Below, piece by piece: positions 25,382 to 35,050 of a DNA stretch of 64,000 nucleotides; the stretch's first letter is position 1; every line of letters begins with the position of its first letter. A model generated the notes under the pieces. The model was not told the origin of the DNA. It saw only the letters and a program-made list of their open reading frames with translations, and searched no databases. Source of the DNA: an uncultured Candidatus Micrarchaeota archaeon (GTDB taxonomy: Archaea > Micrarchaeota > Micrarchaeia > Anstonellales > Bilamarchaeaceae); NCBI GenBank assembly GCA_963714085.1, contig OY970229.1, forward strand, positions 1,120,001 through 1,184,000. Reading direction: 5' to 3'. A program made the translations under genes and the position numbers.

Positions 25382-27184
25382 TCAGGTGTTGTTCAGGATG
25401 AGCACGTCGGTGACGTTGCAGTCATCGGAAGAGGGATATGCGGCGATCAGGCGCAGCGAGGTCTGGTTCGGGTTGTAATCCGCAGGCGGCGGGCCGGCAT
25501 AGACGTGCATGGAGTTCTCCCTGAGTATGGACTCGATGTCCGCTGCGGACTGGTTCTCCAGGCCGATGTACAGCGCCTTCTTCCCGGAGAGGTAGACCAG
25601 CTCCGGGTTGATGTTGTCCGGTGCGTGGCTGCATATGCCAAGAAGGAAGAGGTCGTTTTTCGCGGCGGCCGTGGATATGGAAGCCGAGATATCGCGGGTC
25701 GTCTGCACGGTGCTTCCGGAGAAGAAGCGGGCGTTCGAAGGCATGACGAAGATGAAGAAAAGCAGGACCACGGAAAGGACGATTTCCTTGCTCTTTATCT
25801 TGCCGAGGGCGCACATCGAGAGGCCTGCGACGGGCACCGACCAGAACGTCAGGTAATAGGTGTTGTTCCACGTCAATGTGCTGAAAGCCAGGGCGTAGAG
25901 GCAGACGCCTGCGAAAAGAAGCAGGTGCAGGTCAGCCTCCCCGGAGGACTTCCACTGGACGAAAGAGTCCATCAGGCCTTTCAAGAAGAAAACAAGGAGG
26001 AACGCGGAGGACACGAGAAGCGCGACCCCATAAATCAGATAGAGGTAGTATCCGTAGTTGAGAAGATCCAATAGCCCCGAGTAGTTCCCTATGACGGAAT
26101 TGCCCCCGTTAATAGTACAGCTGACCAGCTCAAGCAGGTAGTAGAGGACCACGATGGCCGTGGCTGCGATGAAAGCGGCGAGGAATGGCACGCGGTCTTT
26201 CTTGGCGCAGACGAGCTCGTAGACCGCGAACGGTAGCACCAGCGTCACAAGGGGAGGCTTGGACAGGAACAGCAGCGTCTCGGATATGAAAAGCCACGGC
26301 AGCATGCCGTTGGATTTCCGGAATTCCGCATAGACGTTGAGGAAGACGAGGAGGAGCACCATCGAGAGGCCTTCCGGCATGTAGGCCCGCGAGATGAAGA
26401 CGTTGAGGGGAAGGAGCGCGAAGAGAACGCAGGAGAGCAATGCCGCGGTACTGCTTCCCAGGAGCTTTTTCTGGAGCACGTAGAAAAGAGCCAGTGATAT
26501 GAGGGACAGCAGGACCGGTACGATGCGTATGTCCCAGTTCGTGATGCCGAACGCATGGAAAAGGGGCTGGGAGAGGAGCGGGAGGAACTGGAACTCGAGC
26601 CCGTTTATGGTGAAGACCTTGTCCGAGGCCTTGGCGTAATCCGTAAGCGGGCTGATCAGATCCGTACGATTGAGGAAGTATTCCTTGGCTATCAATATCG
26701 TCTGGTACTGCCTCCACCCATGGTAGTCTAGGAAATCCCCGTCAAGCTGCACGAAACGAACCAGGACGGAGATCAGGACGAGCGCTATCACTGCCCAAAG
26801 GAAAACTTTCCGGGGGACCGTGAAGGATACCTTCGGGGCGCAAAAGAGTAGTTTCACCCCAACATAGACCTGGAGGAACATGAAAAGCGAGATGAAAGGC
26901 GCAGATGCGGCAAACCCGTAGAAAAAAGTCGACACCGGAAGGAAGGCGAGTATCAGCGGGGCGAGCAGTATCAGCGCGGCTTCAGCCAATGCGGGTCTTT
27001 CGACAGGCAACGGCATGAAGACGAGACGGCCGATGAGATAGATGCCCGCGAGAGCCAGGAGGTAGGAGACGAAAAGCTCGCTGCGGTCGAGGCTTCCGTT
27101 CTGAAAGAAGAAGGAGACGGCGAGCGATATGAGGATGATTGTGCAGAAGATTATCAGCTCGTCTTTTGGAAAAGACATGAACAA
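25382..27184 (-). CDS. GT-C fold (PMT/ArnT-like) membrane glycosyltransferase
   Basis: Multi-TM; DYHGWRQYQT..IA, EFQFLP, SRAYMPE, LSKP motifs. Confidence 0.8.
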   Translation of the reverse strand: MFMSFPKDELIIFCTIILISLAVSFFFQNGSLDRSELFVSYLLALAGIYLIGRLVFMPLPVERPALAEAALILLAPLILAFLPVSTFFYGFAASAPFISLFMFLQVYVGVKLLFCAPKVSFTVPRKVFLWAVIALVLISVLVRFVQLDGDFLDYHGWRQYQTILIAKEYFLNRTDLISPLTDYAKASDKVFTINGLEFQFLPLLSQPLFHAFGITNWDIRIVPVLLSLISLALFYVLQKKLLGSSTAALLSCVLFALLPLNVFISRAYMPEGLSMVLLLVFLNVYAEFRKSNGMLPWLFISETLLFLSKPPLVTLVLPFAVYELVCAKKDRVPFLAAFIAATAIVVLYYLLELVSCTINGGNSVIGNYSGLLDLLNYGYYLYLIYGVALLVSSAFLLVFFLKGLMDSFVQWKSSGEADLHLLLFAGVCLYALAFSTLTWNNTYYLTFWSVPVAGLSMCALGKIKSKEIVLSVVLLFFIFVMPSNARFFSGSTVQTTRDISASISTAAAKNDLFLLGICSHAPDNINPELVYLSGKKALYIGLENQSAADIESILRENSMHVYAGPPPADYNPNQTSLRLIAAYPSSDDCNVTDVLILNNT

Positions 27185-27335
27185 ACCATGATGATGAAAG
27201 CTTATAAAAGTTAGAACTACGCTGCCTGGTCAGAACATCCATTGATACGAAACATCAAGCGTTGTATTCTCTAACGAGATCCATCATCAGGACCGGTGTA
27301 AGGGAAAGATAAAAAGAAGCCGCCACGAAGCGTTT

Positions 27336-27710
27336 CTAGCTCGTAGCGGGGCCGGTGCCAGTTCCGCCGCAGACGACGCCTCCGACATTGGGCATCATCA
27401 TGTTGAGCAGGGCCGGCACGATCAGATATATCACTATCCCGATGAGCGCACCGGTTATCATGGCAGTGGCCCAGACCGACGCCCTCGCCCTGGTCTCGGC
27501 ACCGAGTATCTGGCCTATGGCGTAGACCGCGGCTGCCAGCACGACCAGCAGCATGGCGCCCACGGACAGGAACATCTGTGCCGTGGCGCACAGGCTGTTC
27601 ATGGCTGACGTGATATTGCTTGCTTGCGCCGAAGCCACGAAACTCAATACCAATATGCCTAGCGGCAGATACTTCGCAATTTTATTGTTTGCCGAAACGA
27701 CGTCAAACAT
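27336..27710 (-). CDS. VirB2/TrbC-like pilin paralog 2
   Basis: Core nearly identical to paralog 1; GAGGTGA SD. Confidence 0.75.
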   Translation of the reverse strand: MFDVVSANNKIAKYLPLGILVLSFVASAQASNITSAMNSLCATAQMFLSVGAMLLVVLAAAVYAIGQILGAETRARASVWATAMITGALIGIVIYLIVPALLNMMMPNVGGVVCGGTGTGPATS

Positions 27711-27827
27711 CAGGTCACCTCAAATGTCCTTCTGGTCTAATCGCAACATTAATCTTTAAATTGGTTCCTATTGCTGCCTGGCACCGAATTATCTCGAATT
27801 AAAATGAGAATAATAGAAAAAAAGGAT

Positions 27828-28202
27828 TCAGCATGTGATTGAGCTTGCGCCGCTTCCATTCATCATCGTGCCGATAAGGGCCGGCACAATCAGGTATATC
27901 ACGATGCCGATCACCGCACCGGTTATCATCGCAGTGGCCCAGACCGACGCCCTCGCCCTGGTCTCGGCACCGAGTATCTGGCCGATGGCGTAGACCGCGG
28001 CTGCCAGCACGATGAGCAGCATGGCGCCCACGGACAGGAACGTCTTTGCCGTGGTGCACAGGCTCTGCATGGCATTCGTGATGCCGCTCGCACTTGGAAT
28101 TACGGTACTTTGCGCCTGCGCAATGGATGCGAAACTCATTATCACTATGCATATCGTAAGATACTTCCCTAACTTCTTGAATGCCGAAACCGCATCAAAC
28201 AT
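27828..28202 (-). CDS. VirB2/TrbC-like pilin paralog 3
   Basis: Core nearly identical to paralogs 1 and 2; GAGGTGA SD. Confidence 0.75.
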   Translation of the reverse strand: MFDAVSAFKKLGKYLTICIVIMSFASIAQAQSTVIPSASGITNAMQSLCTTAKTFLSVGAMLLIVLAAAVYAIGQILGAETRARASVWATAMITGAVIGIVIYLIVPALIGTMMNGSGASSITC

Positions 28203-28296
28203 CGGTTCACCTCAAAAGTCCTTTAGCTATGTTGTAGTTGTCCTAATCTGTGCATTAACATTTAAAAAGGTTCAGCCCAGTGAGTATGCGGATTCT

Positions 28297-29766
28297 ATGG
28301 GGATGGATATCAAAAAATTACTCTCAGATGAGCGGGCACTCCTGTTTTTGCTGGCGCTGCTCTATCTAGCCATCAGGATCCCCCTCCTTTCCTACCTTCC
28401 GTTCATACAGGACGAAGCGGTATACACTGTCCAGATATCCGAGCAGATGGCGCACTTTTCGTTCGTGCCCACCTACCTTGGATCCGGGACCGACTGGAAG
28501 CCGCCCTTGTTCTTCTGGGTGTACGCCGTACTTGTGAAGCCGCTTATGGGCTTGCCGCTTCCGCTCGAGGCGGTGTTCAAGCTGCCCACCCTCCTCTTCG
28601 GTCTGGCCAACATGCTGCTCCTGTACTACCTGATAAAAGCCATGACGTCGAACCGCGAGCTCGCTTTCATGACCGCCCTCATACACACAGGCATATTCCT
28701 GGTGGTGAACGTCAACACGACCGTGCTGATGGACACATTCATGATGACGCTGGTGCTGGCAGGCATTCTTTGCTATGTCAAGGAGTCCTGGGGCAGGCGA
28801 CGCTTCCTGGCCGGAGGGGCGTTTACATTCCTCACCTTCATGACGAAGTTCTGGCTGGCGCTCATCATCCCCCTGATGGCAGTCGCCTATTTTGCGAGCC
28901 GGGATAGGAAAGTCCTCAGGGACAGGGCATTCCTTCTATCCCTCCTCTCGATCGTGATTGCGTACCTGGTGTTTTCGGCGTTCTTCACATTTCCCGGCAC
29001 CGTCCAGGACGTAAGCTTCATATACACGATACAACACCGGCTGCTGGCCGTGTTTTCATTACCGCAGATCGTGTCATCCTTCGGCATGTTCTTCGTGTTC
29101 AGCATAGTATGGGTCGGGATCTCGCTGTTGGGCGCATACAAGTTCTGGAGGGCCGAGCCGCTGATGACGCTGTGGCTGGCGCTGGGTGTTTTCCCGATTT
29201 TCGGAGGGGTGTACTTGCTGTGGTACTACCTGCCGGTCATGGTCCCCGTCGCTTTCTTCTCTGCGCGCCTCCTTCTCGATAATCAGGGCAAGCAGAGGCT
29301 GGACGGGTTCTGCATATTCTTCACCATGCTGATCATGATCGCCGGGCTCGCTATCGGCTTCGCCTACTACAACGAGCTGTTGGGGGATTACGGCGGCCAG
29401 AGAACGGCCGGTGAACTCATCGCCCTCAAAGACAATACGGTGATTGTCGGCAACTACTGCCCCGCGGTCGTGGCTTATAAAATCCTAGAAGAAACCCGGA
29501 CCGGCAGCGAAAAGGATTTCGGATGGATACTCGCGGCCAATGCCACGGATTCCATAGTCCGAAGCTTCATATCTGATTACAACACATCTACGTATCCGCT
29601 CTCGTCGGATTTCGGCACGATGTTCGATACTACCAATACCATGTATCGGAAACCATCGAATGTTACACGCCCGGATTATGTTGTAGTGTGCGGCTTCCCC
29701 AACGTCACGGTCTCCGGCACCATGCTGTCGAACGAGTCGTATGTCCGTGTCTTCAAAACCGGCTAA
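28297..29766 (+). CDS. GT-C fold (ArnT/PMT-like) membrane glycosyltransferase
   Basis: QDEAVY, DWKPPLFFW, LMDT, MTKF; multi-TM. Confidence 0.85.
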   Translation: MGMDIKKLLSDERALLFLLALLYLAIRIPLLSYLPFIQDEAVYTVQISEQMAHFSFVPTYLGSGTDWKPPLFFWVYAVLVKPLMGLPLPLEAVFKLPTLLFGLANMLLLYYLIKAMTSNRELAFMTALIHTGIFLVVNVNTTVLMDTFMMTLVLAGILCYVKESWGRRRFLAGGAFTFLTFMTKFWLALIIPLMAVAYFASRDRKVLRDRAFLLSLLSIVIAYLVFSAFFTFPGTVQDVSFIYTIQHRLLAVFSLPQIVSSFGMFFVFSIVWVGISLLGAYKFWRAEPLMTLWLALGVFPIFGGVYLLWYYLPVMVPVAFFSARLLLDNQGKQRLDGFCIFFTMLIMIAGLAIGFAYYNELLGDYGGQRTAGELIALKDNTVIVGNYCPAVVAYKILEETRTGSEKDFGWILAANATDSIVRSFISDYNTSTYPLSSDFGTMFDTTNTMYRKPSNVTRPDYVVVCGFPNVTVSGTMLSNESYVRVFKTG

Positions 29767-29818
29767 TCGGTGACCAGAAGTCCAGCAATTCTTATAATCT
29801 AGGATGCATAATCACGCC

Positions 29819-30541
29819 ATGGAAGAGGGATTCGAATCAAAGCACCATTTGCTCGAGGAGACACACTGGTGGTTCGTGGCTCGCAGGGACATGATAATGC
29901 GGCTTCTCCGCGATGAGAGCAAAGAATCCAGGATACTGGACATCGGGTGTTCTGCCGGTGCGATGCTAAGGCAGCTCGAGCGCGCAGGCTTCGTGAACGC
30001 CTGGGGGATTGATACGAGCGAAAAGGCCGTGGAATCCTGCAGGGCGAAAGGCCAGAAAAACGTCTCCCTGATGGATGGCGCGAGCATGGCCTTTGGCGAC
30101 TCTGAATTCGACCTGCTCATCGCCTCGGACGTCCTCGAGCACATCGCCGATGACCGTATGGCGCTGTCAGAATGGAGGAGGGTGCTGAAGACCGGAGGCA
30201 GGCTGCTGGTGTTCGTGCCGGCGTTTCCCTTCCTCTGGAGCGGCCACGACGAGGCCAACAGGCACTACCGGAGATACGGGCGCAGGGAACTCGTCTCCAA
30301 ACTGCAGGATGCGGGCTTCTCGATCGAGCGCTCGACGTACTGGAATGCGGCCACGTTCCTACCCGTGCTTGCGGCCAGGCTCTCGCGGAGATTCCTGCGC
30401 CTGAAAGATGATGACCTGCACGGACAGCCGCTCCTCAACGGCCCGCTCACCGGGCTGCTGTGCTTTGAAAACGCGATAGCCGAACGTGTCCATATCCCGG
30501 TCGGAGTCAGCATCATGTCCTTGGCGGTGAAAAAAGGGTAA
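29819..30541 (+). CDS. Class I SAM-dependent methyltransferase
   Basis: HWWFVARR, ILDIGCSAG, DVLEHI, WSGHDEANRHYRRY. Confidence 0.9.
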   Translation: MEEGFESKHHLLEETHWWFVARRDMIMRLLRDESKESRILDIGCSAGAMLRQLERAGFVNAWGIDTSEKAVESCRAKGQKNVSLMDGASMAFGDSEFDLLIASDVLEHIADDRMALSEWRRVLKTGGRLLVFVPAFPFLWSGHDEANRHYRRYGRRELVSKLQDAGFSIERSTYWNAATFLPVLAARLSRRFLRLKDDDLHGQPLLNGPLTGLLCFENAIAERVHIPVGVSIMSLAVKKG

Positions 30542-30573
30542 TGGTTTTATTTGTTTCACCGCAATCTTTCCCC

Positions 30574-31263
30574 ATGATCTCCGTAGTCGTTCCCGTCTAT
30601 CACGAATCAGCCATCCTGCGGGCCAATGTCATGCGGCTGAAAAAAGCCATGGACGCCCTCAAGCAGAACTACGAGATACTGGTGATGGTGGACGGGAGCA
30701 CGGACGGCAGCCGGGAGATCGCGGAGAAGCTAGCCTCCAATCGCGTCAGGGTGCTGAACTCGGAGACCCGGCTGGGCAGGGGTGCCTCTCTTCGCAATGC
30801 CATGGCTGCGGCTAAGGGGGACCTGGTCATGTATACCGACGCCGATCTGGCCGTTGATCTCGCTTACTTGGGCCCGTTATTGCACGAGGTGGAGGAGGGC
30901 GCAGACATTTCCACGGGCTCGCGTCTCATGTCCGCTTCGGAAGTGCGCGGCAGAAGCCTGCTCCGGGAGTTCTTCAGCCGTAGCTACAACAGGATGCTCA
31001 GGCTGCTATTCAGGACATCGATAAAGGACCATCAATGCGGTTTCAAGGCATTCAGGAAATCCTCGGTCCTTCCAATTCTGGACGAGGTAAAAGCCAGGCA
31101 CTGGTTCTGGGACAGCGAACTGCTCATAAGGGCGCAGGACAATGGCCTGCGCGTCGCGGAGATACCAGTGAAATGGACGGACAGCTCGAAGAGCACGGTC
31201 GACCTGCGCCGTGACGTGGCCTGCATGGGCGCCGCGGCGTTGGAGCTGCGCTTCCGCATATGA
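30574..31263 (+). CDS. GT2 dolichol-phosphate glycosyltransferase
   Basis: ISVVVPVYHE, DGSTDGS, YTDADL, DHQCGFKAF, WFWDSELL. Confidence 0.9.
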   Translation: MISVVVPVYHESAILRANVMRLKKAMDALKQNYEILVMVDGSTDGSREIAEKLASNRVRVLNSETRLGRGASLRNAMAAAKGDLVMYTDADLAVDLAYLGPLLHEVEEGADISTGSRLMSASEVRGRSLLREFFSRSYNRMLRLLFRTSIKDHQCGFKAFRKSSVLPILDEVKARHWFWDSELLIRAQDNGLRVAEIPVKWTDSSKSTVDLRRDVACMGAAALELRFRI

Positions 31264-31316
31264 CGGCATCCCTGCCGGCAAACAGTTTAATATACGTCAC
31301 GCCCAATCCTCACTTC

Positions 31317-32090
31317 ATGCGCATCCGACTCTACTTGAACAAGTCCGTGCACGACAACGCCGCCGCCTACTACGAGCTCGCGAAGGAGGCGAGGAAGAAG
31401 CGCGAGGGGCTCAAAGACGCGATCGAGGAGACGAAGAAGGAGATGGAGAAGGCGAAGAAGAAAGGAGCGCAGGCCAAGACGGCGGTGAAGATAAAGCGCG
31501 AGAAGGAATGGTTCGAGAAGTTCCACTGGTTCACGACATCGGAAGGGAAGCTCGCCATCGGCGGGCGCAACGCGCAGCAGAACGACCTGCTCTTCGCCAA
31601 GCACATGGATGATAAGGACTTGTTCTTCCACGCGGACATCCAGGGCGCCTCCGCGCTGATGCTCAAGGGCGGCGCAGACGCATCCGAGCAGGAGCTCATC
31701 GAATGCGCCCAGTTCGCGGCCTGCCTCTCGAACGCGTGGAAGAACGCGAACGCCTCGGTGGACGTCTACGCGGTGAAAAAGGAGCAGCTCTCCAAGCATT
31801 CCCACGGCGGTTTCATCCCCGCGGGTGCGTTCGCCATAGCTGGCGAGCGCAGATGGTTCAAGAGCACGAGGCTCGGGGTAAGGGTCGGCATCGACGCGGA
31901 GTCGAAGCGGTTGATCATCGTCCCGGAGATGTCGAAAAGGAAGCTCTCGCCGGAAAGCACGCTCGCCCCATCCAGGTCCGGGAAGGAAAAGGGCGCTTTG
32001 GCCAAAGCGCTCGCCAAGACGTTCAATGTCCATCCCGACGAGCTGCTGGAGATACTCCCGAACGGGAAATCCAAAATCTCCAATAAATGA
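31317..32090 (+). CDS. NFACT RNA-binding domain protein (C-terminal part of Rqc2/NEMF)
   Basis: SVHDNAAAYY, WFEKFHWF, GGRNAQQND, FHADIQGAS, GAFAIAGERRW. Confidence 0.88.
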   Translation: MRIRLYLNKSVHDNAAAYYELAKEARKKREGLKDAIEETKKEMEKAKKKGAQAKTAVKIKREKEWFEKFHWFTTSEGKLAIGGRNAQQNDLLFAKHMDDKDLFFHADIQGASALMLKGGADASEQELIECAQFAACLSNAWKNANASVDVYAVKKEQLSKHSHGGFIPAGAFAIAGERRWFKSTRLGVRVGIDAESKRLIIVPEMSKRKLSPESTLAPSRSGKEKGALAKALAKTFNVHPDELLEILPNGKSKISNK

Positions 32091-32133
32091 AGCAATAAAA
32101 GAATTCCCTTTCCAATAGGCGTATCGTGGGGCT

Positions 32134-35046
32134 ATGGCGGGAAGGATCGAGATAGGCATAAACAGCGGGGTGCGCGACGTCACGGCGGAGCAGATGCAGC
32201 GCCGCATAAAGGCGGAGCTGAAGAAAGACGCCGCCTGCAGCTTCATAGAGGCCTATAGCATAGACGCGGACCTCACCGAGCAGGAGCTCGAGAGGCTCGG
32301 GAAGGATGTCTTCACGGACAGCGTCATCCAGCACTTCTCCTATAAAGGATCCCTGCAGCCGGACTCCTGGCGCGTGGAGATCGGATTCCTGCCAGGCGTG
32401 ACCGACAACGTGGGCAAGACCGCGAAGGAGGCCATAGCCGACGCGCTCGGCAAGGACGTGGACGTCTACTACAGCAGGATATACGCGCTCAAGGGGAGCC
32501 TCGACGAGGAGGACTGCGGGAAGGTCGCGGGGATGGTGCACAACCCGCTCGTGGAGAAATACGTGCTCCGCCAGCCCGGCAGCCAGTCCGAGCCCTACAT
32601 CCCCAAGGTAATCATCCATCACGAGCCCAACGTGGAGCACGTCTCTTTGCACATGTCCGAGGCCAGGTGGATGCAGCTCTCCAAGGAGAGGACGCTCGCC
32701 CTTGGCATAGCCGAGTTCCGCGCCATACAGAGGCACTTCAAGGGGGAGCGGGTCCAGGAGCAGAGGAAGGAGGTCGGCCTGGACAGCAAGATAACCGACG
32801 TTGAGCTGGAGCTGCTCGCCCAGACCTGGTCAGAGCACTGCAAGCACAAGATATTCAACGCGGACATAAGCTACCTCGAGAACGGGGAGACCACGGCCAT
32901 AAACTCGCTCTTCAATACGTTCATACGCGGCGCCACGGAACAGATAAAGAAGCCCTATGTCGTGAGCGTGTTCAAGGACAATGGGGGCATAATCAAGTTC
33001 AACCACGAATACGACATCGCGGTGAAGGTCGAGACACACAACGCGCCCTCGGCGCTAGACCCGTACGGAGGCGCTTTGACCGGCGTGCTCGGGGTGCAGC
33101 GCGACGTGCTCGGCACAGGCCTCGGGGCAAACCCGATCGCGAACACGGACGTGCTCTGCTTCGGGCTCCTGGACGAGACCGAAGTGCCCAAGGGCGCGCT
33201 CCACCCGCGCAGGATATACGACGGGGTCACCAAGGGCATAGAGCACGGCGGCAACAAGATGGGCATACCGACCGTGAACGGCTCCATAATATTCGACAGG
33301 GATTTCACGTGCAGGCCGCTGGTGTACTGCGGGACCATAGGCATCATGCCCTCGAAGATAGGCGAGCGGCGCACGTCCGAGAAGCAGATATTCCCCGGCG
33401 ACCTGGCGGTGATGGCAGGCGGCAGGATAGGCAAGGACGGCATACACGGGGCGACCTTCTCCTCGCAGCAGATCGACCAGCACACGCCGCAGTCCGTGGT
33501 GCAGATCGGGGATCCGATAACCCAGAAGAAGATGCTGGACTTCGTGCTTGAGGCCAGGGACGCCCTGCTCTACAACGCGATAACGGACAACGGCGCCGGC
33601 GGCCTCTCATCCAGCATCGGCGAGCTCGCGCAGCTCTCCGGCGGCTGCGAGATATACCTGGACAAATGCCCGCTGAAATACCCCGGGCTGGACCCCTGGG
33701 AGATCCTCGTCTCAGAATCCCAGGAGCGCATGACCCTCGCCGTGCCATCCGGCAACATGGAGAAGCTCACCCTGCTCGCCCAGAAGCACGGCGTGGAGAT
33801 AAGCGTGGTGGGCAAGTTCACGAGCAGCAGGAAGCTGCACGCCTTCTACAGGGACAAGACCGTGGCCTACATAGATCTCAAGTTCCTGCACGACGGCGTC
33901 CCCCAGTACAAGCTCGAAGCCGAGTGGAAACCGAGGCCGTTCCCCGAGCCGCAGATAAAGGAGACTGACCTGGGCGTCATACTCAAGATGCTCCTTTCCT
34001 CCCCCAACATAACGACCAAGGAGCCGGTGATACGGCGCTACGACCACGAGGTCAAAGGAGAGAGCATAATCAAGCCGCTCATGCGCGGTCCGAGCGACGC
34101 CGCGGTGATCAAGCCGCTCTACAGCTCGTGGGAGGGCCTCGCCATATCGCATGGCATATGCCCCAAGTTCGTGCAGGACAGCTACGCCATGTCCTCCCTC
34201 GCCTTCGACGAGGCGGTGAGGAACGCAATCGCCGTGGGAGCGAAGTTCGGCTATCTCGCGTGCCTGGACAACTTCTCCTGGCCAGACCCGGTCAAGTCCG
34301 AGAAGACCCCTGACGGCGAGCTCAAGCTGGCGCAGCTGGTGCGTGCATGCCTCGCGCTCTACGACTGCGCGACCACGTACGGGATCCCGATAATATCCGG
34401 GAAGGACAGCATGAAGAACGACTATTACTCCGGCGACCGGAAATATTCCATACCGCCAACCCTGCTCATCACCGTGGTGGGCAAGATGGACGACGTGCGC
34501 AAGGCCGTGACGTCCGAGTTCAAGGCCCCGGGCGATTCGATATATCTCCTGGGCATGACCCGGGACGAGCTCGGGGGAAGCGATTACTACCGGCTCTTCG
34601 GGGGCGTGGGCAACAACCCGCCCAAGGCGCGCCCGGCCGAGCACACGCCGATATACAGGGCGCTCGGGACCGCGATGGAGGCCGGGCTGGTCGCGTCCGC
34701 CCACGACGTCTCGGACGGAGGGGTCGCGGTCGCGCTCTCCGAGTCCGCGATAGGCGGCGACGTGGGCGCGGACCTGGACGTAAGCCTCATGCCGCGGGAC
34801 ACCGAGAAGGAGGACGCGCTGCTCTTCTCCGAGAGCCCGGGCAGGCTCGTGGTCTCGGTCGCGGAGGCCAACTGCGCCCGCTTCGAGGCCGCGATGAAGG
34901 GCTGCATCTGCGCCAAGGTCGGCCGCGTGCGCGGGGACCACCGCGTGATAATACGCAAAGAGGACAAGTCCGTGGTGAACGCGCTAGTCGAGGACCTCAG
35001 GGTCCTGTGGAACAACGGGCCGGAGAAGCCCGCCCCGAGGCTATGA
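32134..35046 (+). CDS. purL: Phosphoribosylformylglycinamidine synthase PurL with fused PurS-like N-terminus
   Basis: WSEHCKH, KVETHN, DNGAGGLSS, SESQERM, SGKDSMKND, HDVSDGG. Confidence 0.95.
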   Translation: MAGRIEIGINSGVRDVTAEQMQRRIKAELKKDAACSFIEAYSIDADLTEQELERLGKDVFTDSVIQHFSYKGSLQPDSWRVEIGFLPGVTDNVGKTAKEAIADALGKDVDVYYSRIYALKGSLDEEDCGKVAGMVHNPLVEKYVLRQPGSQSEPYIPKVIIHHEPNVEHVSLHMSEARWMQLSKERTLALGIAEFRAIQRHFKGERVQEQRKEVGLDSKITDVELELLAQTWSEHCKHKIFNADISYLENGETTAINSLFNTFIRGATEQIKKPYVVSVFKDNGGIIKFNHEYDIAVKVETHNAPSALDPYGGALTGVLGVQRDVLGTGLGANPIANTDVLCFGLLDETEVPKGALHPRRIYDGVTKGIEHGGNKMGIPTVNGSIIFDRDFTCRPLVYCGTIGIMPSKIGERRTSEKQIFPGDLAVMAGGRIGKDGIHGATFSSQQIDQHTPQSVVQIGDPITQKKMLDFVLEARDALLYNAITDNGAGGLSSSIGELAQLSGGCEIYLDKCPLKYPGLDPWEILVSESQERMTLAVPSGNMEKLTLLAQKHGVEISVVGKFTSSRKLHAFYRDKTVAYIDLKFLHDGVPQYKLEAEWKPRPFPEPQIKETDLGVILKMLLSSPNITTKEPVIRRYDHEVKGESIIKPLMRGPSDAAVIKPLYSSWEGLAISHGICPKFVQDSYAMSSLAFDEAVRNAIAVGAKFGYLACLDNFSWPDPVKSEKTPDGELKLAQLVRACLALYDCATTYGIPIISGKDSMKNDYYSGDRKYSIPPTLLITVVGKMDDVRKAVTSEFKAPGDSIYLLGMTRDELGGSDYYRLFGGVGNNPPKARPAEHTPIYRALGTAMEAGLVASAHDVSDGGVAVALSESAIGGDVGADLDVSLMPRDTEKEDALLFSESPGRLVVSVAEANCARFEAAMKGCICAKVGRVRGDHRVIIRKEDKSVVNALVEDLRVLWNNGPEKPAPRL

Positions 35047-35050
35047 TGAA

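Noticed and set aside
27222..27292. Possible C/D box sRNA on the minus strand (CTGATGA ... CTGA)
   Set aside because: Poor D'/C' boxes, irregular guide lengths, no recognisable target; part of the duplicated pilin downstream region
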